A DNA stretch of 57,064 nt, taken from NCBI GenBank assembly GCA_000388065.2, contig KB932203.1; one strand, written 5' to 3'. Positions 25,750 to 37,031 of this stretch are shown in pieces (the stretch's first letter is position 1; each line of letters starts with the position of its first letter). Under the pieces are notes generated by a model, which made no database searches, was not told the DNA's origin, and saw only the letters and a list, made by a program, of their open reading frames with translations. Source of the stretch: Fonticula alba ATCC 38817. Lineage: Eukaryota > Protista > Nucleariida. The position numbers were made by a program, and so were the translations under genes.

Positions 25750-28583
25750 ATGCTCGCCCTCCAAGCAGCCCGGACGGCCGGGTCAGCGGGCGCGCGCCGG
25801 GCTCTATCAACCGACGCGCGCCCCTGGCGCACGGTCGTCGGTTTGGAGATGCATGCGCAGCTAGGCGGCGGCATCAAGCTATTCTCTCAGCCCACAGGGC
25901 AGGAAGTTGGCGGCTCCGGGGAGCCGGTGCGGCCGCGTGGCGACTCGCTGCGTGGTTTCTCGGCGGCCGTGGCGGCCGCAGCCGGCAACGGCGATGGGCC
26001 ACGCACGGCGACCATCGTGGCCACCGCCTCGGCCGCGCCCAACACCCATGTGGCCGCTTGCGACCTGGGCATGCCTGGCGCCCTGCCGGTTCCCAATCCG
26101 CTGGCCGTGCGGTTGGCCTTGCGGCTGGGTTGCGCCCTGGGGGGCCACCCCTTCCCCGCGCCGGGGGCCTCCCTGCAGGCGGCCCCTTGCGGGACTCCGG
26201 TGCCGGAGCACACCCTGCTCACCTTCGACCGGAAGCATTACGCCTATCGGGATTCGGCCCTCGGGTACCAGATCACGCAACTCCGGGCGCCGATCATCCT
26301 CGGTGGCCGGGTGCCGGTGGATGAGCCCGGCCTGCCGGCAACCGCTTCCGCCCCCGGGCACGAGGTGGACATTCAGCACATCCAACTGGAGCAGGACACG
26401 GCCAAGTCGCTGTTCGGCCTGTCGGCGGACCTGCTGCGGCCGGCCGGCGGGGCCTCGGCCAGCCCGGCGGCAATGCCGGCGTCTGCCCCTGCCGGCAGCC
26501 GGTCGGTCATGATGGACTGGAACCGCGCCGGGGTGGCCCTGGTGGAGATCGTTACTCGGCCGAATGTGCGCGATGCGCTGGACGCCGTGGCCGTGGTCCG
26601 GCACATCCAGTCCGTCATCCGGACTTGTGGCGTGGGCAGTGCCAACCTCGAGGATGGGTCCCTCCGGTGCGATGTCAATATCTCCGTGCACCGGGAGGGC
26701 GACCCGCTGGGGACGCGCGTGGAGATCAAGAATCTCAATTCCCTGCGATCGATCGCCGGCTCGGTACGTGGCGTGCATGTGCACTTGCTTATCCACCTCG
26801 ATCGGTGCCTTTGTGTGTCCTTGTGTGCTTGCCTGCGTGTGTGTGTGTGCTTGTCGATCTGCCTGGCCACCCGCCTGGCTGCCCGCATGCCTGGCTGCCT
26901 GCCCCGCGGCCTTCCTGTCTGACTCTCCGCCCTCCCCTCCCCTCGAAGATCAACTTTGAGGTTGCCCGACAGGTGGCCCTCCTGGAGTCCGGGGGGACGG
27001 TGGCCCAGGAGACGCGGTCCTGGCGCGCGGCGGCCACCGTGCCTTCGGACTATCTGACTGGCCTGCCCGCGGCCCTTGCCAAGAGCAGCCACGTCACCGT
27101 TCCCCTGCGATCGAAGGACTCGGCCAAGGATTACCGCTTCATCCCCGAGGTGAATGTGGCCCCGCTGCTGATCCCGGCGGCCGTGGTGCACCAGGAGCTG
27201 CGCCACATCGGCGAGCTGCCGCATGCCACGGTCATCCGGCTGTCCGGCCCCGGGGCTGGCATCTCCCCGGCCGAGGCACGGCATCTGATGACCTTCGGCC
27301 ACCCGGCGGTGGAGCTCTTTGAGCGGTGCTTGGCTGGCGGGGGCCCTGTGGCCCCGGACCTGCCGCGGCTGATCTACAACATGTGCGTGCCGCCTCTCGT
27401 GGTTCCTTGCGCCCGCCCCCCGCCCCCTCGCCCCCCCCCCCCTTGCCCGTGTGCCCAAAGGCCCTAACCATGCATGCCGGGCACGCCGGGTAGCATTACA
27501 TCCGAGATCCTGGGCCAGCTGAGTGCCACCTCGACGTCGGGGCTCGGCACCCGGGGTGACACCCCGGCCGCGGCCCCCTCCACCTACGGGGAGGATGGCG
27601 ACGCCTCGTACTCCATCATCACCGGGGCCGGCGGCGACGGTGCCGGCCCCACCGGGGAGGATGGCGATCTGCCGGCCGGGCCCCTCCATGGCCCGCTGGG
27701 CAGCCTGGCCCTGGAGCCGCTGGCATTGCACCTGCGTGCCCTGGCGGACCTGCGTCTGGCCGGACGCATCAACAGCCCTTCGCTCAAGCGCCTGGTGAGC
27801 ATCATGCTGCGGCACGCGTTGCAGTGGCGCGTGGCGGCCGGGGCCGGGGCCGGGGCGGGCGCCGCCCCGCCGGCACTTGTCGGGCTGCTGGAGGCCGATC
27901 GCCTGCTGGCAGCCATGGCCGCTGGCGATGGGGCGCGCCCTCTGCCGCGCGCGGCCCCGGAGCCTGGCGATGCGCCGGGGGGCAGCCCCGGGGCGGGGAA
28001 GCCGGCCGAGGACGGCCCCGAGGAGGCGGCCTCCCGTTCGGGATACCACCCGGCGGTCGTGACCCGGGGCCAGGCGGCGCTGGTGGCCCGGGTGGCCCAG
28101 CTCCGGGCCCGGTCCGGCGCGACGCTCCCCATGCCGTCCGATGCGCTGGAGGGGGCCGCGGCGCCGGTGGTCGCGGCGGCGGCGGCGGCATCGGCCCCCG
28201 GCGGCCACAGCGAGGCCATCCTCCTGCGCGGGGTCCCGCTGTTGGATCTGGACCAGCTGGCCGGGCAGCTGGGGCTGCTGGTGGTTCGCGATGAAGGGGC
28301 CCTCCAACAGGCCGTGGCGGCTGTGCTGGCCGCGCACCCGGACACGGTGGCCGATTCGCGCCGGCGCTATGCCGAGTACCTGGCTCTGGAGCAAGCTCGG
28401 GAGGCGGCGGCGGCGGCGAAGGCCGGCCCCGGCGGCGGCACTTCCCCCCCCCGTAAGCCATACCGCTGTCGTCTGGAGGCCTGGCTTGTGGGCCAGGTGA
28501 TGAAGCAGCTGGCCGGCCGAGCTGACTCGGCCGAGGTCTCGCGGTGCATCCACCAGGGGATCTGGCCTGAGGGCCGAGCCTGA
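25750..28583 (+). CDS. GATB: Mitochondrial glutamyl-tRNA(Gln) amidotransferase subunit B (GatB/Pet112)
   Basis: Exons 25750-26763, 26949-27382, 27494-28583 (TGA). Presequence followed by VVGLEMHAQL, FDRKHY...GYQITQ, IQLEQDTAKS, DWNRAGVALVEIVTRP, GSLRCDVNIS, RVEIKNLNS, QETRSW, DYRF, and C-terminal WLVGQVMKQLAGRAD (GatB/YqeY end). Confidence 0.93.
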
Positions 28584-30015
28584 GGCCGGGTGCCGGGCGC
28601 CGGGCGCCGGGACCAGCCGGCGGCAGCGGCGGTGGCGGCCATCGTGCTCCCGCCTTTTTTCGGCGCCCTCTCTCGTGTGGTTCTTCGGAGCGCCCGATAA
28701 TGCCATTCTGATAGACGATTGTAGACAAGCCCTCTTTGGCTCCCGCGTCCGGGGTATTTCCTAGATCCGGCGCGTCCGTTGGCCGATTCGGGGTTGCGGC
28801 TTGGGTGGCCGATGTGTTGGTAGTTGACTGGCCAGGCGCCGGGGGTACTGCAGCCCGAGGGTTAGAGAACCTCGGACCGGACGCTTTTCTGGGGGGGGGG
28901 GGGTCGGGCGCGGGCAGGTGTTCGGGCACGCCGCCCCCTAGCCGGGACCGCCGGCCTGTGTGTGTGTGCGTGAATGCCCTCTGCGTCAGACGCGCACGGG
29001 GGAGGCCCCTTTCGCGTGGCATTCGCGCAGGACGACCGAGCCGAGCCCGCGAAATCCCTCAAGGGACATGTGTGCCCGGGGCACATCCATCCAGCTGGAG
29101 ACAGGGGGGGGGGGGGGGGGACGGCCATGTCGCGAGATGGGTCTGCTTGGGCCGCGTCCCTGGCCAGCCGCCCCCTCTCCAAGCCGGCCCAAGGATGGGG
29201 GGCCAGGACGAACCGGGGCTCGTGCGCTCCGAAGGCCTCCCCACTCCCAGCCGGGGAGGGGGGCGGGGGGAAGGGGGGGGGGCGGAGGGGATGATGCTTC
29301 GGGAACAGACGCGAGCTGGCCGGGCCCCGTCCTCTCCCCCGGTGCCCTCGTTCGCACACGAGACCGGAGGACTCATTCTTGGGAGGGCACCCCCTCAGCC
29401 GGCCGGCCCATGCCCAGGCAACCAGAAGGCCTCAGACTCTCTCCCGTTGGTTTGTCCCGGCTCTCCTCTGTCGTATGCCTCCCCTCCCCCTCCCCCCTCT
29501 CCCTCTCCCCCTCTCTCCCTTCGCCCCTCGCCTTTCGCCTCGCCCCTCCTTCGCCCGCCGCCGCCGCCGCCTGGAGCGGGTCTATCCTACCACGAGGACG
29601 ACGACAGTGGCAGCAGCGGCATGTGCTCCTCCGGTCGTGCTTTTCCCCCCTCGTGCACCCGGATGCTGCCCCCGCATGCGGCCTGTCACACGGTTGTTCC
29701 TTAGCCGGGGCTCCTCTTCCCTTCCCCTTCCCCTCGCGCTGTCCGATGTGCGGGCGCACACATGGCCGGGGGTCACGGTCTGCCCTTTCGCCCAGCCGGA
29801 GCGGAGGTCCTCACCCGGGGCACGGCTGCATCGCACGCGTGGGCTCCCCCTCCCATGTCCGTGTGCTTTGCGCGCGCGCGCGCGCGCGTGTGTGTGTGTG
29901 TGCACGGACATGCGCACCCCCATCTCCGGATGTGATGCTGTGTCCCTCCCCTGTGTGTGTGTCCTCTTGCTCTGGAGCCGCGCAGTCGCAGGGCAGACGG
30001 GGCCCCCTCCCCACC

Positions 30016-30812
30016 ATGATGCGCCTTTGCCTTCGCGGCCGAACGCCGGCTTCGCCGCACATTCCCCCCCCCCCTCCCCCGCCTCCTCCNNNNNNNNNNN
30101 NNNNNNNNNNNNNNNNNNNNNNNNNNNNNNNNNNNNNNNNNNNNNNNNNNNNNNNNNNNNNNNNNNNNNNNNNNNNNNNNNNNNNNNNNNNNNNNNNNNN
30201 NNNNNNNNNNNNNNNNNNNNNNNNNNNNNNNNNNNNNNNNNNNNNNNNNNNNNNNNNNNNNNNNNNNNNNNNNNNNNNNNNNNNNNNNNNNNNNNNNNNN
30301 NNNNNNNNNNNNNNNNNNNNNNNNNNNNNNNNNNNNNNNNNNNNNNNNNNNNNNNNNNNNNNNNNNNNNNNNNNNNNNNNNNNNNNNNNNNNNNNNNNNN
30401 NNNNNNNNNNNNNNNNNNNNNNNNNNNNNNNNNNNNNNNNNNNNNNNNNNNNNNNNNNNNNNNNNNNNNNNNNNNNNNNNNNNNNNNNNNNNNNNNNNNN
30501 NNNNNNNNNNNNNNNNNNNNNNNNNNNNNNNNNNNNNNNNNNNNNNNNNNNNNNNNNNNNNNNNNNNNNNNNNNNNNNNNNNNNNNNNNNNNNNNNNNNN
30601 NNNNNNNNNNNNNNNNNNNNNNNNNNNNNNNNNNNNNNNNNNNNNNNNNNNNNNNNCCCGGATGGCCTCGCCCTCGGGGGGTCCTCGGCAACGACGAAGA
30701 AGGCTCCCCAGAGACCGTCCCTCCCCCTCCCCTCCTCCCCCCCTCCCCGACCGCTTTGCCGCCTTCCCACTCGCTCCCTCCTCCTGCTTCCCGCCGCCCC
30801 ATTTTTGCCCCT

Positions 30813-30851
<39 letters not shown>

Positions 30852-31113
30852 CCTCCTTCCCTCTGGCGCTCTCTCCTCCGCTGGCTCCCACTGACACTCT
30901 CCTCTGCCGGCGTTCGCCTCCCCCCCCCCCCGCGCCACTCCGCAGTCCCGCCTCGAGCACCTCGCCAAGATCGAGGCCCAGGCTCGCGCTGCCGACCAGG
31001 CTGACCTTGTTGGCAACCTTTACAACCGCGTCATCAAGGCCACCCAGGACCCGAAGTTCCGCGAGGCCGCCCTCAAGAAGAGCCTTGCCGACCTCGAGGC
31101 CCTCCAGGTCTAA
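30016..31113 (+). CDS. ATP4: Mitochondrial ATP synthase peripheral-stalk subunit b (ATP4/ATP5PB-like), partial; most of the gene lies in the N gap
   Basis: The last exon 30946-31113 encodes SRLEHLAKIEAQARAADQADLVGNLYNRVIKATQDPKFREAALKKSLADLEALQV*, similar to subunit-b C-termini (yeast-type PKFQEKVLQQSI; animal-type RLDYH...EQ). The start at ccaccATG 30016 (MMRLCLRGR) is tentative. Confidence 0.6.
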
Positions 31114-33625
31114 GGGTCTGTCGCGCGCGCCCCTTCCCTCGGATGCTCGTGCACGCCCCCGCGTGAGCGCGCACGCGCTTCCTCCCCCCCTCTTTCGGCG
31201 TGTGCGCCTCGTCCGCTTCGACATGCGGGCCGAGGGCCCGAAGGCAAGAGGGCGGGCCAGAGGGGCACGACCGCGTGCGCCCGCGCGCCCCCACGCGGCG
31301 TTGCCACCCCTCTGTGCTGGTGCCCGGGGGCGGAGCCCTGTTACCGGGCCCCTCCCCGGGGGGCCTATGCGCACTCACACACGATACACACACACACATA
31401 TACATACCCTTGTCTCAGGACTCATGTGAAACCCGGTGACGTACGATGCAGTCGTTGGGGGGCGGGAGGGGGAGTGGGGCGGGGGCATTGACGCGCGGGC
31501 GCACACCGCGGCTCTCGGCATGGCATGCGAGCCTTTGACCTGGCTGCCCAGGCAGCTCCTCGGGGACTCGCCCGGATGCTCCCTTGGGTGAGGTCGGCTT
31601 TGCCTGCCGCTCCTGGCCGGTGTGCTGCCCGCCGGGCATGGCGCAGGCGGGGGGCGCGAGGAGAACACGCGGCGGGGCCGCCGGGGCTCGGCGGTCTCTG
31701 GATGCGGCCCCCTCCAACACGCTCTTTTCCACACGAAGAACACGCAGAATCGGCCTTTCCCTGGCCCGGGCGCCTCTTGGCATGGCCGATCGCAGCCAGC
31801 TCGCATGCCTGAGAGGCGCCACCCAGGGACAACAAGACAGCACCGGGGGCCGGACCGAAAGAGGGTGGCCGGGAGAAACAACCCGACCAGCATATGCATG
31901 CGCATGCATGGGGAACGATTCAATGTCAGGCTATTAAAAAAGTGGGATAAAATACACGCGCATACACATGCATACACACACACGCACCCACCCACGCACA
32001 CAGACACACACACATTCGAACGCGGACCCGTCTGTGTCTCCGCTGTTTCTCCCCCTCTGCCTCTCGTCTTCTCTGTTAATCTCTTCTTCTCACCGGCCAC
32101 TGCCTGCTGGCCGTCGCGAGACGCGCCGAACAGGCGATGCTAAATGCGGCTTAATTGACACGGTCACGGAATGTACGCACGTGACCATCATCCACCGCGC
32201 ACAAGCGTGGACTCCCCGGCCTCTGAACTAGGGCTCTCGGTGCACACGCACACACGCGCGCGCGCGCGCGCAACTGCCTGTTGCTGTTCCTCTCTCTCCC
32301 TCTCTGGCTCCCTGACTCTCTCGCGAACCGCACCCACCGCCTCCCGGGAGCCGGGTGTCCCCATGTCGCCCGGGTCCCGCGAACAGAGCTCCGCAGAGAT
32401 TTCCCGGCTTCCCGAGGCGTGACATTGGAGAGCACAAGAAAAAATGGCCCCGTCTCCCGCGCGCGCGCGCGCGGGCACGCGCGTCCCCGAGGGTGCCTGA
32501 ACTACCGACGCTGGGATTTTTTACCAGGGTGCGGCGGGCCAACCGTTTTTTTCGCCTCGGTGCCCGACCCGTGGCAGCCAGCCCACGCCGCTGGGTTGCC
32601 TGCGTTGCTCGCCTCTGAATAGCGCGCGCGCGCGCGCGAGCTCGTGCCTGTGTGTGTGTGTGTGTGTGTCTGCGCGCCCATGATATTTCCATGGGTCGGG
32701 AGAGTGGGCCATGTACTGGGGGCGTGCCGGCCCCGACGCGCGTGCTCTCCCCCCCCCCCCCCCCCCCCCCCCCCCCCGCGCGGGACCCGCGCAATATACC
32801 CCGGCACCGGGCGCCCGAGGGCGCGCGTCTAGCGCTTTCGTCCCAATGGGCCGCGCGCATTATCCCGGTCCGGCCCCCTTCCCCTTTGCGGGCCGCCCCG
32901 GGGCGCCGGCGGCCNNNNNNNNNNNNNNNNNNNNNNNNNNNNNNNNNNNNNNNNNNNNNNNNNNNNNNNNNNNNNNNNNNNNNNNNNNNNNNNNNNNNNN
33001 NNNNNNNNNNNNNNNNNNNNNNNNNNNNNNNNNNNNNNNNNNNNNNNNNNNNNNNNNNNNNNNNNNNNNNNNNNNNNNNNNNNNNNNNNNNNNNNNNNNN
33101 NNNNNNNNNNNNNNNNNNNNNNNNNNNNNNNNNNNNNNNNNNNNNNNNNNNNNNNNNNNNNNNNNNNNNNNNNNNNNNNNNNNNNNNNNNNNNNNNNNNN
33201 NNNNNNNNNNNNNNNNNNNNNNNNNNNNNNNNNNNNNNNNNNNNNNNNNNNNNNNNNNNNNNNNNNNNNNNNNNNNNNNNNNNNNNNNNNNNNNNNNNNN
33301 NNNNNNNNNNNNNNNNNNNNNNNNNNNNTCCCACCTCCCCCCACTCCCCCCCGCTCATCCACAGGGCCCCTTTCTCGCCCCCCTTTTTTTCTACGCTTTC
33401 CCCTTCGCCTGAACCGGCCGAAGACACCGTGCGTTTCCATTCCCCCCCCCCCCCAGCATTCTCGGCTTGGTGCCCCCGCCCCCGCCCCCCTCCCTCCGAG
33501 TCCTCGCTCACCGTCTGCGCGCCCCTCGTCCCCGGTCCGTGGTCTCCGGCCCCTTCGCCCGGCTCTCCCCCCCCCCCCTCCGAACGTCTCTCCCGACAGC
33601 CGGCCCGCGCCCCATTACCACCACC

Positions 33626-36600
33626 ATGGAGGAGCCGTCGCCCGCCCCCCGCAAGAGCGTGAAGGCCGTCCAGTTCGGTCTCTTCTCGCCCCAGGAGATT
33701 GTATGCGCCGTGTTGCCTGCGTCCTGGCCCACCCCTATACGACCCCGCTCACAAATCGCCCCCCCTCCCTCCGACCCCCTCCACAGAGCGACATGTCCGT
33801 CTGCTGCATTCAGCATGCCGAGCTCTATGACCCGGCCACCGGGGCGCCCATTCAGTGCGTGCCGCATCTGCGCGCCTGTGCGCGCGCGCGCGCGCGCGAG
33901 CTGCTCCATCACCTGCTCTCTCCTGCTTTCGCTCGCTTGTGCTGATGTCCCTATCTGCTTTCCCGTGGCCCCCGTCTGCCCCCCTCTTCCTCCTGGCATC
34001 TTCCTTTCCTGGCATCTTCCTTTCCTGGCATCTTCCTCTCCTGGCATCTTCCTCTCCTTGCTCGGCCCCTCTCACTCTTTCTCTCTCCCTCCCACTCTTT
34101 CTCTCCCCCCTCCCATCCTATCTGCCCCCCCCCCTCCTGCTCCCCCCTTCCCCAGCGGCGGACTGTTCGACCCTCGACTCGGCCCCGACTCGCAGGACCA
34201 CCAGTGCGCCACGTGCGAGATGACCACCGAGTGCCCCGGGCACTTCGGGCACCTGGACCTCGTGCGCCCGGTCTTCCACCTGGGCTTCAAGTCCAAGCTG
34301 ATGCGGGTCCTGCGCAGTGTGTGCGGGTCCTGCTCGGCCCTGCTGGTGAAGAAGGACGACCCGGCGTGCAAGGACATCCTGGCGCGCTTCACCGGCCGGC
34401 ATCGACTCCAGCGGGTGTCGGACCTGGCCAAGACCCGGCGCAAGTGCGACGCCTGCGAGCAGTACCAGCGCCTGTTCAAGTATGACAAGATGTCCTTCGG
34501 CTTCATGTACACCTCCAAGAAGCAGGTGTCCGCCGGGGACGAGGGCGACGAGGCGGCCGGCGCCTCGCACGGCCACAACCAGCATGACATGCTGACGCCG
34601 GAGATTGCCATGCGCATCATGAAGAACATCACCGACGAGGATATCGACGCGTTGGGCTTCGACCCGGTGCATGCGCGCCCCGAGTGGATGGTCATCGAGA
34701 AGCTGCCCATCCCCCCGCCCCAGGTCCGGCCCAGTGTGGCGGTCGAGGGCACCAAGAAGAGCAATGACGACTTGGTGTTTGCCCTGCGGGAGATCATCAA
34801 GCGCAACAACATGATCGCCAACACCCAGCAGAGTGAGCGCGACCGGGCCAAGATGCTCATCAACCTGCAGTACTACATCAAGTCCTACATGGACAACCAC
34901 CAAGACCCGAAGTTCAACCTGAAGACCGGTCGCCCGATCAAGGCCATCACCCAGCGTCTCAAGGGCAAGGAGGGCCGCATCCGGCACAATCTCATGGGCA
35001 AGCGTGTGAACTTCTCCGCGCGTACGGTCATCGGCCCGGACCCGAGCCTGGCCCTGGACCAGGTGGGCGTGCCGCGGTCCATCGCCGCCAACCTCACCTT
35101 CCCGGAGCGAGTGACCCCGCTCAATCACGAGGAGCTGACGCGCCTGGTGCAGGCCGGCCCGCAGGCGTACCCCGGCGCGCGGTATGTCACCAGCGCCAAT
35201 GGCCCGCGACGGGATCTGGCCCGCGTGCATGACACCTCGGCCGTGCAGCTGCAATATGGCGACATCGTGGACCGGTACATCCGGGATGACGACCTGGTTC
35301 TCTTCAATCGTCAGCCCTCCTTGCACAAGATGTCCATGATGGGCCACCGGGTCAAGGTCATGCCGTTCAGTACCTTCCGGCTGAATCTTTCGGTGACCAC
35401 GCCGTACAACGCCGATTTCGATGGCGATGAGATGAACCTCCACGTGCCGCAAACCATCGAGGCCCGGACCGAGCTCCTGAAGTTGGCCATGGTCCCGACG
35501 CAGATTGTCTCGCCGCAGGCCAACAAGCCGGTCATGGGTATTGTGCAGGATTCCCTGCTGGCGGTCAATCTCTTCAGTCGGCGGGATTGCTTCCTGGAGA
35601 AGCATCTGGTCATGAACCTGCTCATGTGGTTCCCCCACTGGAAGGGGGTGGTGCCGATTCCGGCCATCCTCAAGCCCAAGCCCCTGTGGACCGGCAAGCA
35701 GCTGCTGTCCATGATCATCCCGCCGGACATCAGTCTCTCCACCAATCACTCCACGCACAATGAGGAGGAGGATGCCGATCCGATTACCCAGCACCTGACC
35801 CCGGGCGACACGCGCGTGGTCATCGACAACAGTGTCCTCCTGTCGGGCATGGTGTGCAAGAAGACCGTCGGTTCGGCACAGGGCGGTCTCATCCATGTGA
35901 TTTGCATTGAGTACAGCAACAAGCCCAATGTGGCGGCCGAGTTCATGACCAACATCCAGTACATCGTCAACAACTGGCTGCTCTTCCATGGGTTCAGTGT
36001 GGGCATCGGTGACGGCATGATTCCCCAGTCGGCCGTGGACAAGATCACCTCCACCATCCGCACGGCCCGTGTGAAGGTCATCGGCGAGATCAACAATGCC
36101 ATTCACGGAGACCTGAAGGAGGGTCGTGGTATGACCATCCGCGACACGCTGGAGGGCCTGGCCAATGCCGAGTTGTCCATGGTCCGTTCGGAGGCCGGTA
36201 AGATCTCCCTCAAGTACCTGCAGCCCTTCAACAACTTCCGTGCCATGGTGGACGCCGGGTCCAAGGGTTCGTCGATCAATATTTCCCAGATTTCCGCCTG
36301 TGTCGGCCAGCAAAATGTCGAGGGCAAGCGCATTCCCTTTGGCTTCCGGGATCGGACCCTGCCGCACTTCACCAAGGACGATTTCAGTGCCGATTCCCGT
36401 GGCTTCGTCGAGAGCAGCTACATCGAGGGGCTCAACCCGATGGAGTTCTTCTTCCACACCATGGGTGGTCGTGAGGGGCTGATTGACACGGCCGTCAAGA
36501 CCGCCGAGACGGGTTACATCCAGCGTCGACTGATCAAGGCCATGGAGGACATCATGGTCCGGTATGATGGGACCGTGCGGAATTCCCTCGGCGAGGTGAT

Positions 36601-36999
36601 TCAGTTCTGCTATGGTGAGGATGGCCTGAATGCCCAGTTTGTCGAGCACCAGAAGCTGGACCTGATGTCCCTGACGAATGAGGAATTTGCCGGGCGCTAC
36701 CGGATCAACCTCCTGCAGGACCCGCTCTTCAAGGCGGCCAACAACTATGTCTCGAACACGGTACGCCCTTTGTCCCGCATGTGATGGCCTGTGCTCTTGG
36801 TCATTCGACCTTTTTTTTCTTTTTTTCTTTTTTTTCTTTTGCTGTTCCTCGGGCGTGCTGCGCATAGCTCCTCCCCTTGGGGGAGGGGGGAGGGGGGCTG
36901 GCCACCGAGTGAGCGGACTGGCCACCTTCCCGCTGTCCACGCATACTTACCACATCGCCTTCACCCGTGCATGCATGACTGGACATATGCTCGCACATG

Positions 37000-37031
<32 letters not shown>

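Noticed and set aside
33991-34057. Short regular repeats (also 245-293 and 55483-55579) considered as CRISPR-like arrays
   Set aside because: The units are head-to-tail with no unique spacers, the context is eukaryotic and there are no cas genes.
36170-36500. Possible alpha-amanitin-resistance substitutions in RPB1
   Set aside because: The funnel, bridge-helix and trigger-loop segments ([22 protein letters not shown]) look essentially conserved by eye.
36943-36951. ATACTTACC, identical to the U1 snRNA 5' end
   Set aside because: The match is only 9 nt, lies inside an RPB1 intron, and is followed by no U1 stem-loops or Sm site.
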